Source of the DNA: Mycolicibacterium smegmatis
Lineage (GTDB): Bacteria; Actinomycetota; Actinomycetes; Mycobacteriales; Mycobacteriaceae
Reading direction: 5' to 3'
Assembly: GCF_001457595.1 (NCBI RefSeq)
Contig: NZ_LN831039.1
Span: 6,390,001 to 6,422,000 of the forward strand
DNA: 32,000 bases
Shown here piece after piece: positions 24,115-32,000 of the stretch. The position numbers were made by a program, and so were the translations under genes. Under the pieces are notes generated by a model. The model was given only the letters and a program-made list of their open reading frames with translations, made no database searches and was not told the origin of the DNA. Numbering within the stretch: position 1 is the first letter of the stretch; the number at the start of each line of letters is the position of its first letter.

Positions 24115-24917
24115 CCTTCTACCGTATGCGACGGCGCTCCGCCTTCGTAGCCGACTCCGGAACTCCTTGCAGATGCATTCGGTGTCCGCGATTCGAGGGC
24201 CACCTCGTCGCCCAGGAACGGCTGCGGCATCTGTCCGCGACCGGACCGGCGGCCCCGCAGGCGTCCGGCGCCGGGCACCGACAGCCACACCGCGAACGCC
24301 AGCGCGGCGTCGAGGATCAGCGCCAGCGCCGTCACCATGATGGCGCCGACCAGCGCGATGTGGAACTCGCGGATCTTGATGCCGTCGATGAGGTAGCGGC
24401 CCAGCCCGCCGAGGCTCGCGTATGCCGCGACCGTCGCGGTCGCGACGATCTGCAGGGTCGACGTGCGCAGACCACCGAGGATCAGCGGCAGCGCGTTGGG
24501 TACCTCGACGCGCAGCAGGATGCGGCTCTCGGTCATGCCCATCGACCGGGCCGCGTCCACCACGGTCCGTTCGACGTTGGCGACGCCGGCGTAGGTGCCG
24601 GCGAGCAGCGGCGGGATGCCCAGCAGCATCAGCGCGACCGTGGGCGGCACCAGGCCCAGCCCCCACAGCAGCACGCCGAGCAGCAGAACCCCCAGTGTGG
24701 GCAGGGCACGCAGCGCGTTGACGCCGGTGACCACCAGGAAGGTGCCACGGCCGGTGTGCCCGATGACCATGCCGAGCGGCACCGCGATCAGCGCCGAGAA
24801 GAACACCGCGACCGCCGTGTACTCCAGGTGTTCGACGATGCGCGCGCCCAGGCCCGACGGGCCGGCCCAGTTCTCGGCGGTGAAGATGAACGCCAGCGCC
24901 TGCTGCAGGAAGTTCAT
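24111..24917 (-). CDS. proZ: Glycine betaine/choline-type ABC transporter permease
   Basis: Starts at 'MNFLQQALAFIF' (ATGA overlap with proW). Multi-TM permease with the EAA-like loop 'AARSMGMTESRILLRVEVPNALP'. Confidence 0.8.
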   Translation of the reverse strand: MNFLQQALAFIFTAENWAGPSGLGARIVEHLEYTAVAVFFSALIAVPLGMVIGHTGRGTFLVVTGVNALRALPTLGVLLLGVLLWGLGLVPPTVALMLLGIPPLLAGTYAGVANVERTVVDAARSMGMTESRILLRVEVPNALPLILGGLRTSTLQIVATATVAAYASLGGLGRYLIDGIKIREFHIALVGAIMVTALALILDAALAFAVWLSVPGAGRLRGRRSGRGQMPQPFLGDEVALESRTPNASARSSGVGYEGGAPSHTVEG

Positions 24918-25558
24918 GCGGTGACCTCCGCCCGGTTCCAGGGTGCGATGAGCTTGCCCGCCAGCATGATCAGGGTGTCGACGACGATCGCGAGCACGAA
25001 GATCGCGATGATGCCCGCGATGATCTGGCTGCTCTTGTTGGACTGGTAACCCTCGGTGAACCACGTGCCCAGCCCGCCGATGCCGATCACCGAGCCCACC
25101 GAGACCATCGAGATGTTGGTGACCGCGACCACGCGCAGGCTCGCGACGAGCACCGGGATCGACAGCGGCAGTTCGACTTTGAGCATCCGCGTCAGCGGAC
25201 GGTAGCCGACGGCGGTCGCGGCGTCGCGTACGTGCTCGGGCACGGCGTCGAGGGCCTCGGGGACCGCGCGCACCAGCAGTGCGGTGGTGTAGAGCGTGAG
25301 CGCGACGATGACGTTGGCCTCGTCGAGGATCCGGGTCGGGATGATCAGCGGCAGCGCCACGAACAGCGCCAATGACGGGATGGTGAAGATGATGCTCGCC
25401 GCGACCGTGGTGAGCCGTCGCAACGTCGTGGTGCGCTGCACCAGCGCACCCAGTGGCACCGCGATCAGCAGGCCCAGCACGATCGGCACGAGCGACAACC
25501 GCAGGTGGATGACCGTCAGCTCCCACAGGTCGTCGAGGTGGGTGAGCAGGTACCGCAT
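24914..25558 (-). CDS. proW: Glycine betaine/choline-type ABC transporter permease
   Basis: Starts at 'MRYLLTHLDDLW' (ATG 25558, overlapping the proV stop by 1 nt). EAA-like loop 'AATAVGYRPLTRMLKVELPLSIP'. Confidence 0.8.
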   Translation of the reverse strand: MRYLLTHLDDLWELTVIHLRLSLVPIVLGLLIAVPLGALVQRTTTLRRLTTVAASIIFTIPSLALFVALPLIIPTRILDEANVIVALTLYTTALLVRAVPEALDAVPEHVRDAATAVGYRPLTRMLKVELPLSIPVLVASLRVVAVTNISMVSVGSVIGIGGLGTWFTEGYQSNKSSQIIAGIIAIFVLAIVVDTLIMLAGKLIAPWNRAEVTA

Positions 25559-26664
25559 CAGAGTTCGGGGATCTGTCGCTGCTCGGCGAGGGCGGCCAGG
25601 ACGTCGTCGGCGCGCACGCCGCCGATCACGTGGTCGTCGGCGTCGACCGCGACACCGAGACCGGACGGCGACGACAGCGCGGCGTCGAGCGCGTGGCGCA
25701 GCGTGCCGTCCGGACGGAACAGCGATCCGCCCGCGATCGTGCTGTCGTACAACGATTTTCCGCTGCGGTGCACCTCGACGCCCTCGGCGTTGATCCACGC
25801 GTATGGGGAACCGTCGGGTTTGGTCACCAGCACCCAGTCGCCGGGCGCGAGGTCGAGGGAGTCGATGAGAGGCTCGGCGACGTGCCGGATCTCGTGCAGC
25901 GGAAGGCCCGTCGCGTGGAAGAACTGCAGGCCACGGTAGCCGCGGTCGGCGCCGACGAACCCGGCGACGAACTCGTTGGCCGGGTTGGACAACAACCGCG
26001 CCGGGGCGTCGTACTGCTGCAGCACGCCGCCGCGGCCGAACACCGCGACCTTGTCGCCGAGCTTGATGGCCTCGTCGATGTCATGGGTGACGAAGATGAC
26101 GGTTTTGCGCAATTCGCCTTGCAGACGGATGATCTCGGCCTGCAGATCCTCACGTACCACGGGGTCGACGGCGCTGAACGGTTCGTCCATGAGCAGGATC
26201 GGCGGATCGGCCGCGAGCGCGCGGGCCACCCCGACGCGCTGCTGCTGACCACCGGACAACTGCGCCGGATAGCGGTCGGCGAGTTTGGGATCCAGCCCGA
26301 CGCGCTCCATCACGCCGATCGCGGCCTTGCGTGCGCTGCGCCGGGATTCGCCGCGCAGCACCGGCACGGTCGCGACGTTGTCGACCACCCGCAGGTGCGG
26401 CATGAGCCCCGCACTCTGGATGACGTAACCGATGCCGAGGCGCAGTTTCACCGGGTCGACCTGGGTGACATCCTCACCGTTGACCGTCAGCGTGCCCGAG
26501 GTGGGGTCGATCATCCGGTTGACCATGCGCATCGAGGTGGTCTTGCCGCATCCGGACGGCCCCACGAACGCCGCCAGAGTGCCTTGTGGCACTTCGAGGT
26601 TGAGGTTGTCGACCGCGACCGTGCCGTCGGGGTACTGCTTGGTGACGTCGGTGAAGGTGATCAT
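25558..26664 (-). CDS. proV: Osmoprotectant ABC transporter ATP-binding protein with C-terminal CBS-like region
   Basis: Walker A 'GPSGCGKTT', signature 'LSGGQQQRV', Walker B 'LLMDEPFSAVD'. Confidence 0.9.
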   Translation of the reverse strand: MITFTDVTKQYPDGTVAVDNLNLEVPQGTLAAFVGPSGCGKTTSMRMVNRMIDPTSGTLTVNGEDVTQVDPVKLRLGIGYVIQSAGLMPHLRVVDNVATVPVLRGESRRSARKAAIGVMERVGLDPKLADRYPAQLSGGQQQRVGVARALAADPPILLMDEPFSAVDPVVREDLQAEIIRLQGELRKTVIFVTHDIDEAIKLGDKVAVFGRGGVLQQYDAPARLLSNPANEFVAGFVGADRGYRGLQFFHATGLPLHEIRHVAEPLIDSLDLAPGDWVLVTKPDGSPYAWINAEGVEVHRSGKSLYDSTIAGGSLFRPDGTLRHALDAALSSPSGLGVAVDADDHVIGGVRADDVLAALAEQRQIPEL

Positions 26665-26674
26665 CTGCCCCCGC

Positions 26675-27616
26675 TCATCCGGTGATCGGTTTGTCGAACC
26701 CGTTGTCGGCCACCCACTTGGCCGCGGCCTCGTCGGGATCCACGCCGGCGTTGCCCTCGACCGCGGTGTTCATTTCGATCAGCGCCTCGGTGGTCAGCTT
26801 GGCGCTCACCGCGTCGAGCACGGTCTTGAGTTCGTTCGACATCTTCTGCGAGGCCACCAGCGGAACGACGTTGGCCGCGAGGAACACGTTCTTGGGGTCC
26901 TCGAGCACCACGAGGTGGTGCTGCTCGATTGCCGGGGACGTGCTGAAGATGTTGGCGGCCGTGATCGCTCCGCTGTTGAGTGCCTGCACCGTGGCGGGCC
27001 CGCCGCCGTCGCTGATCGCGACGAAGTTGGCCGGGGCGATGTCCAGACCGTACTTGGACTTCAGCCCCACCAGCCCGGTCTGCCTGGTCTGGAACTCCGA
27101 CGGCCCGCCGACTTTCACCTCGGCAGAGTGCTGCGCGAGATCCTCGATGGACTTCAGGTTCCACCGCTGCGCGGTCTCTTCGGTGACCGCGAGGGTGTCC
27201 TTGTCCTCGGCGGGTGAGGGATACAAGATCGACAGGTCACCCGGCAGCGCCTTGAACAGGCCGAGCAGCACCGCGTCCGGCGTGGTCGCGGGTGTCTCCG
27301 GCTCGAAGTACTGCAGCAGGTTTCCGGTGTACTCGGGGATCAGGTCGATCGAATGGTCCTGCACAGCCGGGATGTACGTCTCGCGACTGCCGATACCGAA
27401 CTGCCTGCCGATGTCAAAGCCGTTGGCCTCCAGCGCCTGGGCGTAGATCTCGGCGATGATCTTCGACTCAGGGAAATCGGCCGAGCCGACCCTGATGGTC
27501 TTGAGGTCACCCGAGATCTCGCCGCCGCCCAGGGGATTCGAACTGCCACAACCGGTCGCCAGCGGCGCGAACAGGGCCAGCACGAACAGAAGGACTGTCA
27601 GGGGTCGGTGCTGCAT
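26675..27616 (-). CDS. proX: Osmoprotectant (glycine betaine/choline) ABC transporter substrate-binding lipoprotein
   Basis: Lipobox 'LATGC'. OpuAC/OpuBC-type pattern 'IRVGSADFPESKIIAEIYAQALEANGF'. First gene of the proXVWZ operon. Confidence 0.85.
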   Translation of the reverse strand: MQHRPLTVLLFVLALFAPLATGCGSSNPLGGGEISGDLKTIRVGSADFPESKIIAEIYAQALEANGFDIGRQFGIGSRETYIPAVQDHSIDLIPEYTGNLLQYFEPETPATTPDAVLLGLFKALPGDLSILYPSPAEDKDTLAVTEETAQRWNLKSIEDLAQHSAEVKVGGPSEFQTRQTGLVGLKSKYGLDIAPANFVAISDGGGPATVQALNSGAITAANIFSTSPAIEQHHLVVLEDPKNVFLAANVVPLVASQKMSNELKTVLDAVSAKLTTEALIEMNTAVEGNAGVDPDEAAAKWVADNGFDKPITG

Positions 27617-27743
27617 TGAACGTCCTTCCGACGAGGGCAGCTTGACGGACAGCTTGCGTCGACCCTAACCGCAGACCCGACATGCCGCCTCGGTTTGTCG
27701 CCCGGTGGTTTGCTTTGTGGACATATCGAGCAAAGATGGCTAC

Positions 27744-28109
27744 ATGACCAGCGATCTCCCCGCATCGCCCGATCAGCCGGAGCCGACGCACGGTATGCCG
27801 CCACCGCCACCGGCGCCTGGCAAACCCAAGGAGCTGGCCGCCGAGCCCAAGCTCACGCGCGCGGGCGCCCTGTGGACCGCGCTCATCATGGGTTTTCTGG
27901 TGCTGATCGTGCTGCTGATCTTCATCGCCCAGAACACCACGTCGGCCGAGTTCGCGTTCCTCGGCTGGCACTGGTCGCTACCGCTCGGGGTGGCGATCCT
28001 CGGGGCCGCCGTGGCCGGCGGCCTGCTCACGGTCGCGGCAGGCACCGCCCGCATCTTCCAGCTACGCCGCGCCGCCAAGAAGAACCTCAAGGCCGCGATG
28101 CGCGACTGA
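27744..28109 (+). CDS. Small membrane protein, LapA/DUF1049-like (Rv3760-like by position)
   Basis: Pro-rich N-terminus, then two TM segments ('ALWTALIMGFLVLIVLLIFIA' and 'LPLGVAILGAAVAGGLLTVAA') and a basic tail. ATG at 27744; the alternative start at 27705 is less likely. Confidence 0.55.
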   Translation: MTSDLPASPDQPEPTHGMPPPPPAPGKPKELAAEPKLTRAGALWTALIMGFLVLIVLLIFIAQNTTSAEFAFLGWHWSLPLGVAILGAAVAGGLLTVAAGTARIFQLRRAAKKNLKAAMRD

Positions 28110-28135
28110 GCGCGCGGGCGCAGACCCGGTGACGC

Positions 28136-29149
28136 TCAGCCCAGCGCGGCAAGCCCCGCGGCGATCATCGGGGCGACGGCCTCGCCGACCTGCTCGGGTC
28201 CGTCGGCACCTTCGCGCCTGCGGTAGTCGATACCCGCGGCGATGATGGCCAGCTTGAAATAGGCCAGCGCCATGTAGAAGTCCCAGTGCGCGAGGTCGCG
28301 ACCCGACACCTTGGAGTACCGGTCGGCCAGTTCGTCGGCCGGCGGCACGAGATCCGACGACCAGGCCGCGTCGGTGTGGATGTGCCCGAACATCGGGTTG
28401 CGGTACACGCACATCAGCGCGGCGTCGCTGAGCGGATCGCCCAGCGTGGACATCTCCCAGTCCAGCACGGCGCGCACCACGGTCGCGTCCTCGGCGTCGA
28501 GGACCGTGTTGTCGATGCGGTAGTCGCCGTGCACGATCGACGTCCCGCTCTGCGGCGGGACCGCGTCGGCGAGCGCGGCGTGCAGGCGGCGCACGTCGTC
28601 GTCGCGCGCGTCGTCGGGAAGGCGTACGTGCTCCCACTGCGAGCCCCAGCGGCGCACCTGGCGCTCCAGGTAACCGTCGGGCTTGCCGAAATCGCCGAGG
28701 CCGACGGCGTACGGGTCCACTGCGTGCAGGTCGCTCAATGCCTTGATAAGCGCGTCGATGCAGTTGTCGATCACGGTCTGATCGCCGAGGGCGGCCAGCT
28801 CGGCGGCGGTGCGCACGACGCGGCCGTCGACGTGGTCGACCATCTGGAAGGGCGCGCCCAGGACGGAGTCGTCGTTGCGCATCGTGACCGCGCGCGCGAC
28901 CGGCACCGGGGTGCCTGCCAGGGCCGCGACGACGCGGTACTCACGCGCCATGTCGTGCGCCGACGGGGTGAGGCCGTGCAGCGGCGGGCGCCGCAAAACC
29001 CACTTCGAGGCGTCGTCGAACACCAGGAACGTCAGGTTCGACCGGCCGCCGGCGATCAGTTCGGCGCGCAGGTCGCCCGCTCGGGCGATTCCCTCGGCAC
29101 GGAGGTGGCGGTCGAGGGCGTCGAGGTCAAGGCCTTCCAGCGAAGTCAC
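28136..29149 (-). CDS. Aminoglycoside-phosphotransferase-fold kinase (APH/ACAD10-type; FadE36-like)
   Basis: Catalytic loop 'IVHGDYRIDN' (HxDxxxxN) followed by 'AVLDWE' (DxE metal-binding motif). Confidence 0.75.
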   Translation of the reverse strand: MTSLEGLDLDALDRHLRAEGIARAGDLRAELIAGGRSNLTFLVFDDASKWVLRRPPLHGLTPSAHDMAREYRVVAALAGTPVPVARAVTMRNDDSVLGAPFQMVDHVDGRVVRTAAELAALGDQTVIDNCIDALIKALSDLHAVDPYAVGLGDFGKPDGYLERQVRRWGSQWEHVRLPDDARDDDVRRLHAALADAVPPQSGTSIVHGDYRIDNTVLDAEDATVVRAVLDWEMSTLGDPLSDAALMCVYRNPMFGHIHTDAAWSSDLVPPADELADRYSKVSGRDLAHWDFYMALAYFKLAIIAAGIDYRRREGADGPEQVGEAVAPMIAAGLAALG

Positions 29150-29158
29150 GGAAACTGT

Positions 29159-29767
29159 TTACCACCGCGCGTTTCGCGGCAGGAGATCCCATACGTGTTC
29201 GGTGCTGTTGACCGAGGCCACCGACAGCCGCCCCGACCTCGAGGCCAGCACACGGGTGACCGAGGCGTAGTCGATGTGGAACGACAGCAACCGCTCGGTC
29301 TTGAGGATCCCGTGCAACGCCACGTTGATCACGCCGCCGTGGCTGAACACCGCCACGGTGTCCTCGTGGTTGCCCGCAGCCACCAGGTCGTCGAACGCGG
29401 CGCCGATCCGGCCCGCGAACTCCTCCTCGTCGACGCCGCTGGGCAGGTGACCGCCGGCCAGCCGGGCGAGTTCGGCGGGGTTCTCCTGCGCGATCTGTTC
29501 GATCGGCACGTAGTGCGACATGTCGCGGTCGTACTCGGCGAGCCGCTCGTCGATCTCCACGGGCAGCCCCAGCGCTCCGGCGAGCGGTTCACCGGTCTGC
29601 ACGGCGCGCCGTTGCGGACTGCTCACGACCCGCGTGACCGGGAATCGCTTGAGCGCGTCGGGCAGGCGAACGGCCTGTTGCAGGCCGATCTCCGACAGCA
29701 CGGGATCGGAACCCTGGCCGGGTTCGCTGCGCAGCGGCAGAGCGTGTCGGATCAAAAGCAGTTGCAC
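29159..29767 (-). CDS. Histidine phosphatase (phosphoglycerate mutase) family protein
   Basis: N-terminal 'LLLIRHA' (RHG-type motif) and 'VAVFSHGGVI' (second catalytic His). Confidence 0.75.
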   Translation of the reverse strand: MQLLLIRHALPLRSEPGQGSDPVLSEIGLQQAVRLPDALKRFPVTRVVSSPQRRAVQTGEPLAGALGLPVEIDERLAEYDRDMSHYVPIEQIAQENPAELARLAGGHLPSGVDEEEFAGRIGAAFDDLVAAGNHEDTVAVFSHGGVINVALHGILKTERLLSFHIDYASVTRVLASRSGRLSVASVNSTEHVWDLLPRNARW

Positions 29768-29840
29768 CGTGTCACCATATGGCAGTCTTCGTCCAACGAG
29801 TCAGCCGTGCCAGTCAGGCATACCAGGGACAGGAGCTGTA

Positions 29841-30596
29841 ATGGGTTACGCCGACCAGCTTTTCGACCTCACCGACCGCGTCGTGCTGATCACCGGCGGC
29901 AGCCGCGGCCTGGGGCGGGAGATGGCGTTCGGTGCCGCCCGCTGCGGTGCCGACGTGATCATCGCGAGCCGCAACCTCGATTCGTGCGTGGTCACCGCCG
30001 AGGAGATCGCATCGGAGACAGGGCGAACGGCGTTCCCGTACTCGGTGCACGTGGGCCACTGGGACGAACTCGACGGGCTCGTCGACGCCGCGTACGAACG
30101 GTTCGGCAAGGTCGACGTGCTGGTGAACAACGCGGGCATGTCGCCGCTGTACGAGTCGTTGAGCGCGGTCACCGAGAAGCTCTACGACGCGGTGTTCAAC
30201 CTCAACCTGAAAGGACCGTTCCGGCTCTCGGCGCTGATCGGTGAGCGCATGGTCGCCGACGGTGGCGGCCGGATCATCAACGTCAGTTCGTCGGGGTCGT
30301 TGCGGCCCGACCAGTACATGCTGCCGTATGCCGCGGCCAAAGCCGGGCTCAACGTGCTCACCGAGGGGCTCGCCAAGGCGTACGGCCCCACGGTGCGGGT
30401 CAACACGTTGATGGCCGGGCCGTTCCTCACCGACGTGAGCAGGGCGTGGAACATGTCCGGCGACCCGTTCTCGCACCTGGCGCTGCGGCGCGCCGGTGAT
30501 CCGCGCGAGATCGTCGGTGCGGCGCTGTTCCTGATGTCGGACGCCTCGAGTTTCACCACAGGCTCGATCGTGCGTGCCGACGGCGGCCTGCCCTAG
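29841..30596 (+). CDS. Short-chain dehydrogenase/reductase (SDR)
   Basis: ATG at 29841 with AGGAG at 29831-29835. Motifs 'ITGGSRGLG' (TGxxxGxG), 'NNAG' and the catalytic 'YAAAK' (YxxxK). Confidence 0.85.
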   Translation: MGYADQLFDLTDRVVLITGGSRGLGREMAFGAARCGADVIIASRNLDSCVVTAEEIASETGRTAFPYSVHVGHWDELDGLVDAAYERFGKVDVLVNNAGMSPLYESLSAVTEKLYDAVFNLNLKGPFRLSALIGERMVADGGGRIINVSSSGSLRPDQYMLPYAAAKAGLNVLTEGLAKAYGPTVRVNTLMAGPFLTDVSRAWNMSGDPFSHLALRRAGDPREIVGAALFLMSDASSFTTGSIVRADGGLP

Positions 30597-32000
30597 GGCG
30601 TGACGATGCTGAAGTTCGGGTCGGGCCGGTCGAGCACGCGCAGGAACGACTGCAGCACGTCAGGGGCACCGGTGACCTGAAGTCCGGGCATCGCGGTGTC
30701 GCCGATGAAGAAGGTCAGCAGCCGCATCCTGTCGGCGACGGTCACGCTGGCGTGCGCACTCGACGGATCCGGCTCGGTTCTGCGGTGCACCAGTACCCCG
30801 TTGCGCAGCGTCAGCCGGTAGGTATCGCCGGTGTCGGCGAACGTGACGTCGATGGCGAGGTCGAGATCCCATGCGCGCGGCCCGTTCACGTTGATGGCGA
30901 CCGCGTCGAAGATCTGCTCGGGTGTCAGCTGGGCGAGCAGTGTGGGCGAGGACGGCGCGGTCGGGGTGCCGAACTTGCCGTCACGCAACTCGGTGGCGCC
31001 GCCGAGGAAGAAGTTGCGCCAGACCGCGTTCTCGGCGCCGTAGGCGAGCTGTTCGAGCACCTCGGCGTACAGCGCGCGTGCGCCGCGATGGTGCTCATCG
31101 GTGAACACCGCATGGTCCAACAGCGTTGCCGCCCAGCGGTAGTCACCACTGTCGAAGGCGCGCCGCGCCAGCTCTACGACACGGTCGATGCCGCCCATCG
31201 CGTCGACGTAGCGCGGGCCGAGCGCCTCGGGCGGATGCTGCCACAACCGGCCGGGGTTGCCGTCGAACCAGCCCATGTAGCGCTGGTAGACCGCTTTGAC
31301 GTTGTGGCTGACCGATCCGTAGTAGCCGTGCGTGTGCCACGCGGCCTGTAACGCGGGCGGGAGCTCGAACTGCTCGGCGATCTCGATCCCGGTGTGCCCC
31401 TGGTTGATCAGACGCAACGTCTGGTCGTGCAGGTAGGCGTACAGATCTCGTTGCAGCGAAAGGTATTCGACGATGTTGTCGCGTCCCCACGTGGGCCAGT
31501 GGTGGGATGCGAACACCACGTCGGTGCGGTCGGCGAAACTGTCGATGGCCTCGGTGAGATATCCCGCCCAGCCGTGCGGGTCGCGCACCAGCGCGCCACG
31601 CAGGGTCAGGAGATTGTGCAGATTGTGGGTCGCGTTCTCCGCCATGCACAACGCCCGGAATTTCGGGAAATAGAAGTGCATCTCCGCAGGCGCCTCGGTG
31701 CCGGGCGCCATCTGGAACTCGATGTCGACACCGTCGATCGAGTGGATCTCCCCGGTTTCGCGGATGTCGAGGGTCGGCACGATCAGCGCCACCTCCCCCG
31801 TCGACGGCACCTGCCCCAGACCGCAACCCACCTGCCCCAGGGGCCCGCGGGCCAGCGCGGCGCCGTACATGTAGGCCGCGCGCCGCGCCATCGCCGTTCC
31901 CGCATACACGTTCTCCTGCACCGCGTGCGTGGTGAAGTGCTCGGGGGCGATCACCACGACCCTGCCCGCGTCCACGTCGGCCTGGGTTGTCACACCGAGC
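30593..32000 (-). CDS. Alkyl/aryl-sulfatase (MBL-fold, with dimerisation and SCP2-like C-terminal domains); N-terminus outside window
   Basis: 'GYYGSVSHNVKAVYQRYMGWFDGNPGRLW' is characteristic of SdsA1/YjcS-type alkyl sulfatases. The frame stays open to the window edge, so the ORF-track start at 31993 is probably internal. Confidence 0.7.
   Translation of the reverse strand, partial: LGVTTQADVDAGRVVVIAPEHFTTHAVQENVYAGTAMARRAAYMYGAALARGPLGQVGCGLGQVPSTGEVALIVPTLDIRETGEIHSIDGVDIEFQMAPGTEAPAEMHFYFPKFRALCMAENATHNLHNLLTLRGALVRDPHGWAGYLTEAIDSFADRTDVVFASHHWPTWGRDNIVEYLSLQRDLYAYLHDQTLRLINQGHTGIEIAEQFELPPALQAAWHTHGYYGSVSHNVKAVYQRYMGWFDGNPGRLWQHPPEALGPRYVDAMGGIDRVVELARRAFDSGDYRWAATLLDHAVFTDEHHRGARALYAEVLEQLAYGAENAVWRNFFLGGATELRDGKFGTPTAPSSPTLLAQLTPEQIFDAVAINVNGPRAWDLDLAIDVTFADTGDTYRLTLRNGVLVHRRTEPDPSSAHASVTVADRMRLLTFFIGDTAMPGLQVTGAPDVLQSFLRVLDRPDPNFSIVTP

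Noticed and set aside
24115-24666. 384-aa version of the Rv3755c-like ORF and 471-aa version of proZ (24918-25526)
   Set aside because: These 5' extensions are Arg/His/Asp-rich and overlap the neighbouring permease genes in other frames. The internal starts give coupled GTGA/ATGA junctions.
24895-24925. Apparent 1-nt frame discrepancy at the proW/proZ junction, suggesting a frameshift or pseudogene
   Set aside because: My hand count of the printed bases around 24900 was off by one relative to the computed ORF track. The track gives intact proW and proZ with an ATGA overlap, and my counts agree with it again by 25558, so I attribute this to my own counting error.
25630-26685. 351-aa plus-strand ORF opposite proV
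   Set aside because: It is an antisense shadow of an ABC ATPase that has Walker A/B and signature motifs.
28286-30244. 652-aa plus-strand ORF spanning the kinase, phosphatase and SDR loci
   Set aside because: It runs antisense through two well-supported minus-strand genes and out of frame into the SDR. The translation is Arg/Gly/Val-rich and low-complexity.

Overview
High-GC actinobacterial chromosome segment. It looks like a fast-growing Mycobacterium/Mycolicibacterium, an inference from codon usage and from recalled gene order matching M. tuberculosis Rv3752c-Rv3762c on the right flank. No database search was possible; every call rests on motifs read from the ORF track and on hand inspection of the DNA. 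Left flank (1-10660): SGNH hydrolase fragment, penicillin-binding lipoprotein, a B12-type diol/glycerol dehydratase operon (fused alpha-beta subunit, gamma subunit, reactivase), a WS/DGAT acyltransferase, and a small membrane protein / haem peroxidase / F420-type nitroreductase-family trio. Centre (10665-21328): a ~10.66-kb integrative element in tRNA-Ser(CGA), bounded by perfect 27-bp direct repeats, with all genes on the minus strand. Gene order is tyrosine integrase, Xis/AlpA-like HTH, four small overlapping ORFs (one WhiB-like), a scaffold-like protein and an HK97-type major capsid protein. A lower-GC cargo block follows: a 1337-aa Mrr-nuclease/SF2-helicase with 10 tandem helicase-associated (HA) repeats, and an HTH-DUF433 / PIN-like pair. 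I could recognise no portal, terminase, protease or tail gene, so the element looks like a capsid-encoding phage-satellite-like island carrying candidate defence cargo. This is the most interesting part of the window. Right flank (21302-32000): tRNA-Ser, tadA, tadA-associated protein, tyrA, proXVWZ osmoprotectant ABC transporter, membrane protein, APH-type phosphotransferase, histidine phosphatase, SDR, and a partial alkyl/aryl-sulfatase.
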